This document shows, piece by piece, positions 57,538 to 64,000 of a DNA stretch of 64,000 nt. The DNA lies in the NCBI GenBank assembly GCA_049322955.1, contig JBMOPU010000012.1:83581-147580 (forward strand), written 5' to 3'. Position numbers and translations under genes: made by a program. Within the stretch, counting starts at the first letter, position 1. Each line of letters starts with the position of its first letter. Under the pieces are notes generated by a model. The model was given only the letters and a program-made list of their open reading frames with translations, was not told the DNA's origin and did no database searches. This DNA is from Patescibacteria group bacterium (GTDB lineage Bacteria > Patescibacteriota > Microgenomatia > UBA10105 > UBA927).

Positions 57538-58925
57538 ACATACAAACACATAAGCGGTTACTTTCAGGAATCACACCAAGCGGTGACGGGAGTCTGCATA
57601 TCGGCAATTATCTGGGAGCGGTCCGTCAATTTATTGAGCTCGCTCAGACACATGAGACATTTCTTATGGTTGCAGATCTGCACGGACTTACGACTATTCA
57701 GGACAAGAAACAGTTGCAACACAATATCGAAGCTCTTGTCATCAATGAATTGGCGTTACTTCGGGGTTTCATGAGTGAGGAAGCGTTTAAGAATATTGTC
57801 TTTTTTCGACAGTCGGATGTGCCGTTGCACACCGAGTGTCAATCTATTATCAACAATGTGACCCCTTTGGGATTGTTGAAGCGGGCACATGCATATAAGG
57901 ATAAACTTCAAAAAGATGTGATGGAAGACGACATTAATGTCGGATTGTTCAGTTATCCGATGTTAATGGCCGCGGATATTCTGCTTTATCAGGCGGAACT
58001 GGTTCCGGTGGGGAAGGATCAAAAACAGCATATTGAGATAACGCGTGATGTAGCACAACGATTCAACAAAATTTATAAGAAAAATATCTTTGCGCTTCCG
58101 GATGCTTACATTCCCCAAGAAGTGGCGACGGTTGTGGGTACGGACGGCAAGCGGAAGATGAGTAAATCGTTGGGAAATGTCATTTCGATATTTGAGTCGG
58201 AAGAAATATTGCGAAAACAGGTTATGGGCACCTATACCGATCCTGCAAGAGTGCATGCAACCGACCCCGGCCATATCGAAGGCAATATGGTATTTACGTA
58301 CCTCTCATTTTTTGGGGAACCCGAAAAAGTGGCGGCACTTGCCAAAAGGTATCAGGAAGGCGATGTATCCGATGTTGAAGTAAAAGAATATCTCTTTGAA
58401 AGCCTGCTTAGTTTCTTCGGGCCCGCACGACGTGCCTACAGGGAGTTGAAAGAAAATCCTTCGCTTGTCAAACGAATTCTTGCCGATGGGCAAGGCAGGG
58501 CGCTCGCCGTTGCGACAAAGACGATGGAAGAAGTACGAAAAGCAACGGGAATTACCACCGCCTATTCATTTTTCGCTTACCCCCAGCCGAAAGAGGAGGG
58601 GAGGGTTTCCATAGATGAATTTGCCCGGGTTGAACTTCGGGTCGGCAAAGTGCTGGAAGCAAAAAACAAAGAGGGGAGTGACAAACTCATCCGCTTACTC
58701 GTGACGTTCGGTGAAAAAACTCCTCGAGTTATTTTCACGGGGGTGCGCACATTCGGATATACACCCGAAGACTTTTCGGGGAAGCAATTTTTCTTTATCA
58801 CCAACCTGGCTCCCCGAAAAATGATGGATGAGGAAAGTCAGGGAATGATTCTCGCCGTCGACGGCGAGGACAAGCCGATCTTCCTTTCCGGTGAAGGCAT
58901 GCCGATAGGGGCGAAAATCCGCTGA
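57534..58925 (+). CDS. trpS: Tryptophan--tRNA ligase with C-terminal tRNA-binding (Trbp111/CsaA-like OB) domain
   Basis: SGITPSG..LHIGNYLGA, YPMLMAADIL, VPVGKDQKQH, KMSKS; C-terminal ISIDEF-like VSIDEFARVELRVG...NLAPRKM...SQGMILA. Confidence 0.95.
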   Translation: MNIQTHKRLLSGITPSGDGSLHIGNYLGAVRQFIELAQTHETFLMVADLHGLTTIQDKKQLQHNIEALVINELALLRGFMSEEAFKNIVFFRQSDVPLHTECQSIINNVTPLGLLKRAHAYKDKLQKDVMEDDINVGLFSYPMLMAADILLYQAELVPVGKDQKQHIEITRDVAQRFNKIYKKNIFALPDAYIPQEVATVVGTDGKRKMSKSLGNVISIFESEEILRKQVMGTYTDPARVHATDPGHIEGNMVFTYLSFFGEPEKVAALAKRYQEGDVSDVEVKEYLFESLLSFFGPARRAYRELKENPSLVKRILADGQGRALAVATKTMEEVRKATGITTAYSFFAYPQPKEEGRVSIDEFARVELRVGKVLEAKNKEGSDKLIRLLVTFGEKTPRVIFTGVRTFGYTPEDFSGKQFFFITNLAPRKMMDEESQGMILAVDGEDKPIFLSGEGMPIGAKIR

Positions 58926-58947
58926 ACATGCTATACTTGAGGCTCGT

Positions 58948-60831
58948 ATGGCAGAGAAACCCCATCAATCCGCACGCAAAAGCGGCAACGGCAAGAAGAC
59001 CAAGAAAGTGTTTCAGTTTCAATTGCAACTCAATTTCAAAAACGTTGTAATCGGATTGTTTGTGCTGTTTTTCCTTTTTTCTCTCTTCGGCAGTGTCAGC
59101 AATCAGGCGGCGCTTGCTGAGGCAAAGCCGTTGTCTCAGGTGATCACCGACGTCAAGGACGGTACGGTAAAAACCATTGAGGTTGAAGACACAAAACTCA
59201 CCGTCATCCGTAAAGACGGAGCGACATACACATCGACTAAAGAATCACAGGACTCGTTGGTCACGCTTCTTGAAAAATCCGGCGTAGATCCGAAAACCGT
59301 TGAAATTGCCGTCAAAGATCTTTCCGCGGGAGCCATCTGGATGGGTATTATTGCCAATGTATTACCGCTTGTTCTCACCGTCGTTTTTTTCCTTTTTCTC
59401 TTTCGCCAAGCAAGGGGAGCGCAGGACAATATTTTTCAGTTTGGTCAAAGCAAAGCACGAGTGTGGAATAAAGATCTTCCCAAAGTGACATTCAAGGATG
59501 TTGCGGGAGTTGATGAAGCCAAAAAAGAACTCGAAGAAGTTGTAGACTTTTTGAAGAACCCCGCAAAATATAAGCTTCTGGGAGCGCGCACTCCCAAAGG
59601 GGTGATTTTAGTCGGCCCTTCCGGAACGGGAAAGACGTTGTTGGCAAAAGCCATGGCCGGAGAGGCAAAGACCGCATTTTTCTCTATTGCCGGCAGTGAG
59701 TTTATGGAGATGTTAGTCGGTGTCGGTGCCGCTCGTGTCCGCGATCTTTTTGCCCAGGCAAAAAAAAGTGCGCCCGCGATTATTTTTATCGACGAAATCG
59801 ATGCTATCGGAAGGATGCGAAGCGTCGGGGTTATGGGCGGCCATGACGAACGGGAACAGACGCTCAACCAAATACTCGTTGAAATGGATGGGTTTGAACC
59901 GAGTACCGCGGTGCTTATTGTTGCGGCAACCAACCGGGGTGATTTACTGGATCCCGCACTCACCCGACCCGGACGGTTTGACCGGCGTGTGGTACTGGAT
60001 CTGCCCGATTTGGAAGGACGAAAGGCTATCCTTGCCATTCACGCAAACGGAAAACCGTTTGATAAGCAGGTGGATTGGGATAAGGTCGCAAAGCGAACGG
60101 TCGGTTTTTCCGGAGCCGATATTGAAAATATGCTCAATGAAGCCGCAATTCACGCCGCGCGTGGCGCAAAGAACGAAATAGACATGAAAGATATTGAAGA
60201 GGCGGCAACAAAAGTAAAATTGGGTCCTGAAAAAAAACGATTGCAAAGCGATCTTGACCGCAAGATGACTGCCTATCATGAGGCGGGACATGCGATTGTC
60301 AATTACTACAGCCCTCATTTGGATCCGGTGCACCGGATAAGTATCGTTTCCCGTGGGATGGCACTCGGATTTACCATGGCGCCTCCCGAGAAGGATAGGC
60401 TTCATGAAACAAAATCCCGGCTTATTGAAGAAATGGCGATGACTATGGGGGGGCGTGCGGCCGAACAGATTATCTTTAAGGAACAGACCAGTGGAGCGGC
60501 AAACGACATTAACCAAGCGACGCGTATCGCACGGTATATGGTTACCGAGTTTGGTATGAGCGAGTTGGGGCCCATTAATTTCGGACCGCAAACCGATATC
60601 ACGGAGTGGGGGAAGTCCATGTACGAACAACAGTCGATCTCCCAGGAAATGCAAGCCGTCATTGATAAGGAAATAAAAAAGCTTATTGACGCCGCGTATG
60701 CCAAAGCACTCGAACTGCTGAAAAAATATCGCAAGGATCTTGATAAAGTTGCGGAAGAATTAGTGAAAAAAGAGACTTTGGAAGGCGATGACTTTGTCGC
60801 ATTGTTGGGTGGCGAAAAGAAGCGACTCTAG
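58948..60831 (+). CDS. ftsH: ATP-dependent zinc metalloprotease FtsH
   Basis: 2 [28 protein letters not shown]. Confidence 0.97.
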   Translation: MAEKPHQSARKSGNGKKTKKVFQFQLQLNFKNVVIGLFVLFFLFSLFGSVSNQAALAEAKPLSQVITDVKDGTVKTIEVEDTKLTVIRKDGATYTSTKESQDSLVTLLEKSGVDPKTVEIAVKDLSAGAIWMGIIANVLPLVLTVVFFLFLFRQARGAQDNIFQFGQSKARVWNKDLPKVTFKDVAGVDEAKKELEEVVDFLKNPAKYKLLGARTPKGVILVGPSGTGKTLLAKAMAGEAKTAFFSIAGSEFMEMLVGVGAARVRDLFAQAKKSAPAIIFIDEIDAIGRMRSVGVMGGHDEREQTLNQILVEMDGFEPSTAVLIVAATNRGDLLDPALTRPGRFDRRVVLDLPDLEGRKAILAIHANGKPFDKQVDWDKVAKRTVGFSGADIENMLNEAAIHAARGAKNEIDMKDIEEAATKVKLGPEKKRLQSDLDRKMTAYHEAGHAIVNYYSPHLDPVHRISIVSRGMALGFTMAPPEKDRLHETKSRLIEEMAMTMGGRAAEQIIFKEQTSGAANDINQATRIARYMVTEFGMSELGPINFGPQTDITEWGKSMYEQQSISQEMQAVIDKEIKKLIDAAYAKALELLKKYRKDLDKVAEELVKKETLEGDDFVALLGGEKKRL

Positions 60832-60842
60832 CGCATATCTCC

Positions 60843-61802
60843 ATGAATCGACTAGTACTTATTGACGGTAATGCCGTCATGCATCGGGCGTATCATGCTC
60901 TCCCTCCGCTGACGGATCCTCGGGGACGTCCGGTCAATATCGTGTACGGTTTTATTTCGGTCATCATCAAGCTCACTGCGGCGCTCAAACCGACTCATAT
61001 GGCGGTTGCCTTTGACCGACCGGGCAAAACGTTTCGTGAGCATCTTTTGCCCACCTATCAGTCACAGCGGCCGAAAATGGAAGACGACTTCATTTCGCAG
61101 ATTCCGTTAGTGCATGAGGCGGTGACGGCATTCGGTCTCCCGATTTTTGAACTTGACGGTTTCGAGGCGGATGACATGATCGGTACCATTGCGGCCACTG
61201 TAATGGCCGCTAAAGGCTCGGAGATAGATCAGATGGTCATTGTGACAGGGGATCGGGATATATTACAACTCGTGCGTGACGATAAGGTGTTAGTCTATAT
61301 GCCGACCAAGGGATTATCGGAAGGGATGTTGTATGGAGAAAAAGAGGTGTATGAACGTATGGGCGTACCCCCGTCGCTTATCGTTGACCTCAAAGCGTTG
61401 ATGGGGGATGCATCCGATAACTATCCGGGCGTTTCCGGCATCGGACCTAAAACGGCGATAAAGTTACTTACTACCTACGGTTCATTCGAGGCAATATATG
61501 CCCGTATTGACGAGATTTCCAGTAAGACCCTCAAAGCGAAATTATTAGCGGGGAAAGAAAGCGGGACGCTCAGTAAAAAGCTTGCCGCTATCCGAACGGA
61601 TGCCCCCATTGTGTTTGAGGCAACATATGCGCGCGTGCCGACACTTCAGAAAGAGGAGGTGCGGGATATGCTTACGGCATTCCGATTCCCATCACTTATC
61701 CGGAGAATCGGTTTTGAAGAACGGGTGAAAAAACCCGATGTCTCAACCAGTGAGGACAGCCAGACGAATCCGACTGTGGTTGAACAACAGGAGCTGTTTT
61801 AA
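60843..61802 (+). CDS. Stand-alone 5'-3' exonuclease/flap endonuclease (PolA N-terminal domain)
   Basis: LIDG, FEADD, TGDRD, GDASDNYPGVSGIGPKTA; no polymerase domain. Confidence 0.9.
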   Translation: MNRLVLIDGNAVMHRAYHALPPLTDPRGRPVNIVYGFISVIIKLTAALKPTHMAVAFDRPGKTFREHLLPTYQSQRPKMEDDFISQIPLVHEAVTAFGLPIFELDGFEADDMIGTIAATVMAAKGSEIDQMVIVTGDRDILQLVRDDKVLVYMPTKGLSEGMLYGEKEVYERMGVPPSLIVDLKALMGDASDNYPGVSGIGPKTAIKLLTTYGSFEAIYARIDEISSKTLKAKLLAGKESGTLSKKLAAIRTDAPIVFEATYARVPTLQKEEVRDMLTAFRFPSLIRRIGFEERVKKPDVSTSEDSQTNPTVVEQQELF

Positions 61803-61803
61803 T

Positions 61804-62910
61804 ATGCGCGTTGCATTGGTTCATGACTATCTCGGCGAATTTGGAGGAGCGGAACGGGTCCTTGCGGCGTTATCGCAAATGTGGCCGGATGCTCCCATCT
61901 ACACCGCCTTCTGGCGAAAGGGGCCAGCGTGGGAGCGACTGAAAGATAAAGATATTCGGGTGTCATGGGCGCATCGGATACCGTTTTTCTCCACTAAACT
62001 CCATAGCCCGCTCCGATTTCTTGCCCCGCTGATATGGAACTCTTTTGATTTTTCCTCATATGACGTGGTGATAAGTAGCGCCAGCTGGTATATCACCAAG
62101 GGATTTACCAAAAAGGGAAATGCGATCGAAATATGTTATTGTCACACGCCACCGCGATGGCTATACGGGTATCCTACCAGTATCGAGTGGCAACGGTATC
62201 GTTTGGTTCGATGGTACGCGAAGATTGTTGGATTTTTTATGCGCCAATATGATTGGGAGGCTTCTCAGCGGGTGGATTACTTTATTGCAAACTCATTCAA
62301 TACGAAACGGCGTATCGAAAAGTTTTATCGGCGCACTTCTGTCGTTATATATCCGCCGGTGGCGATGCCGCCATCGCCGCAGGGGAAGAAGAAAGGTGAC
62401 TATTATCTTATTATTTCGCGAATTGTGGGGGGAAAGGGATTATCACTTGCCGTTGCCGCGGCGACAAAATTGGGCATCAAGCTGAAAATTGCGGGAGCGC
62501 CTGCGGGTTATGCCTCTGAGATGCAGAAATTGATTGCTACTGCAGGAAAAACCGTCGAATTTTTGGGATTCGTGTCGGATAGCGAGCTTCGCAGGCTCTA
62601 TAGTGAGGCTAAAGGATTTTTGGCAACATCCGCGGACGAAGATTTCGGAATCACTCCAGTCGAGGCCATGGCGAATGGCACTCCCGTTATCGCGTTTCGG
62701 GGGGGCGGGTATAGAGAGTCGGTTATTGACGGGAAAACCGGTGTTTTCTTTACCGAGCCGACCGTCGAGAGTCTCATCGACGCTATCCATCGATTCGAAA
62801 AAACGAAATTTTCGCCGCTTTCCTGCCGAAAACAGGCAATGCGATTTTCTGAAGAGAGATTCCGCAAAGAAATAAAGCGGTTTGTATTGTCCCATAAGGA
62901 AAAACGGTAA
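61804..62910 (+). CDS. GT4 glycosyltransferase (WbaZ-like)
   Basis: ALVHDYL..FGGAERV, YCHTPPR, EDFGITPVEAMA. Confidence 0.9.
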   Translation: MRVALVHDYLGEFGGAERVLAALSQMWPDAPIYTAFWRKGPAWERLKDKDIRVSWAHRIPFFSTKLHSPLRFLAPLIWNSFDFSSYDVVISSASWYITKGFTKKGNAIEICYCHTPPRWLYGYPTSIEWQRYRLVRWYAKIVGFFMRQYDWEASQRVDYFIANSFNTKRRIEKFYRRTSVVIYPPVAMPPSPQGKKKGDYYLIISRIVGGKGLSLAVAAATKLGIKLKIAGAPAGYASEMQKLIATAGKTVEFLGFVSDSELRRLYSEAKGFLATSADEDFGITPVEAMANGTPVIAFRGGGYRESVIDGKTGVFFTEPTVESLIDAIHRFEKTKFSPLSCRKQAMRFSEERFRKEIKRFVLSHKEKR

Positions 62911-62998
62911 TAGAACAGTAGAGAGCGAAACTTTGATAATTGATGGCAGTGTGGTAGCATTAAAGCCACCTAACGACATTTTCGTAAGGAGAAACCTG

Positions 62999-63700
62999 AT
63001 GACACAGAGTCCGGATGTTTTTGTACTCTCACTCGGCGGCTCACTTATTGTCCCCAACGGCGGCATTGATGTCGCCTTTCTTAAGGATTTTCATGAATTT
63101 ATACGTCAGCAAGTCTCCGAAAAACATCGGAGATTTTTTATAACAGTCGGTGGGGGAGCGATTACGAGACACTATCAACAAGCCGCACGTGAGGTGCGAA
63201 AACATGATTTAAGCGACATTGATGCTGATTGGCTGGGTGTTCATGCGACGAGACTAAACGCACAACTTATCCGAGCGATATTTCAGGATCTTGCCGATCC
63301 GCGAGTTATTAAGCACTATGAAATTATTTTAAAAATTCAATCCCCGGTCGCTATTGCGGCGGGATGGAAGCCGGGGTGGAGCACGGATTATTGTGCCGTT
63401 ACCGTATGCCAGGATTACGGGCTCACGCAGGTCGTTAATATGACCAATGTGGATCAGGTCTACGATAAGGATCCGAATAAGTTCTCCGACGCGACCGCGA
63501 TAAGCAATATATCCTGGGGAGAGTATCGCAAAATGGTGGGTGACGTGTGGAAACCCGGGATGAATGCGCCGTTTGATCCTATCGCGAGCAAGCTTGCGCA
63601 GGATCTGGGCGTTACGGTAAAAATAGTGAATGGCAAGAACCTTTCCAATCTCGCGCTTGCCCTCGACGGCCAGGCGTTTGTGGGGACGACTATCACCTAA
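62999..63700 (+). CDS. pyrH: UMP kinase, archaeal-type
   Basis: SLGGSL, VGGGAITRHY, ATRLNA, PGWSTD, TNVDQVYDKDP, PFDPIA. Confidence 0.9.
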   Translation: MTQSPDVFVLSLGGSLIVPNGGIDVAFLKDFHEFIRQQVSEKHRRFFITVGGGAITRHYQQAAREVRKHDLSDIDADWLGVHATRLNAQLIRAIFQDLADPRVIKHYEIILKIQSPVAIAAGWKPGWSTDYCAVTVCQDYGLTQVVNMTNVDQVYDKDPNKFSDATAISNISWGEYRKMVGDVWKPGMNAPFDPIASKLAQDLGVTVKIVNGKNLSNLALALDGQAFVGTTIT

Positions 63701-63706
63701 TGCAAC

Positions 63707-64000
63707 ATGGTGACCTCGTTAGCACTTCATAATTTTCGAAGCCATAAAAATGTTTCCTGGACATTAGACAACGGTGTCACCTGTATTGTGGGGGCCAATG
63801 CGGCTGGCAAAACGAATATTCTCGAGGCGATGATGTTGCTTGCGACGGGAAGAAGTTTCCGAGCGTCCATTGATCGGGAAATGATCCGTTGGGGTGAAGA
63901 GGTAACGCGAATTTCGGGAAAAACAAAAGACGCCACCGTGGAAATTATCATCACGCCCGGTGAGGTCTCCGGACAAAAGGCGCCCCTGAAACGATATCTG
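63707..64000 (+). CDS. recF: DNA replication/repair protein RecF (5' part, runs off window)
   Basis: Manual translation MVTSLALHNFRSH...IVGANAAGKTNILEAMMLLATGRSFRASIDREMIRWG. Confidence 0.88.
   Translation, partial: MVTSLALHNFRSHKNVSWTLDNGVTCIVGANAAGKTNILEAMMLLATGRSFRASIDREMIRWGEEVTRISGKTKDATVEIIITPGEVSGQKAPLKRYL

Noticed and set aside
59445-60654. Long antisense or alternate-frame ORFs (also 5619-6161, 11474-12049, 28734-29327, 56880-57428, 62443-63066)
   Set aside because: They are shadows of well-supported genes and have no recognisable motifs.
1-64000. CRISPR array, rRNA, transposase or prophage
   Set aside because: No regularly spaced repeats, rRNA signatures, transposase motifs or phage structural genes seen.

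Overview
A 64 kb stretch of bacterial chromosome using genetic code 11. It looks like Patescibacteria (CPR), probably Microgenomates; this is inferred from gene content (short ValRS, archaeal-type PyrH, DUF4012/DUF5652, many GT-C glycosyltransferases). Bases 1-28.6 kb are a large cell-surface glycan locus: sugar-nucleotide enzymes, GT2/GT4/GT-C transferases, a flippase, an O-antigen-ligase-like protein and Wzm/Wzt, plus unexpected members (QueC-like PP-loop ATPase with an HD hydrolase, a radical SAM/SPASM enzyme, MTA phosphorylase). Next come two surface proteins, a MurL-MurD2-type peptidoglycan pair, rpmH-rnpA-yidD-yidC-jag, rnhA, rplY, epmA-efp, valS, a Xer-like recombinase, ftsB, two CAT-anticodon tRNAs, ftsH, a 5'-3' exonuclease, pyrH and the start of recF. 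The best candidate for a new system is a tryptophan-starvation module at 54.9-58.9 kb. It starts with a Trp T-box that has an ultrashort Stem I (UGG specifier, UGGC antiterminator bulge). Then comes a 29-codon SD-led ORF ending GGG-UGU-CUU-UGG-UGA, which resembles the prfB +1 frameshift site with a Trp codon in place of the stop. A +1 slip there leads into a Trp-free, divergent TrpD-like protein, coupled to a BtpA/SgcQ barrel and a Trp-free TrpRS. A second ultrashort T-box (Val) precedes valS, and many genes look leaderless. All assignments come from reading motifs by eye; no database search was run.
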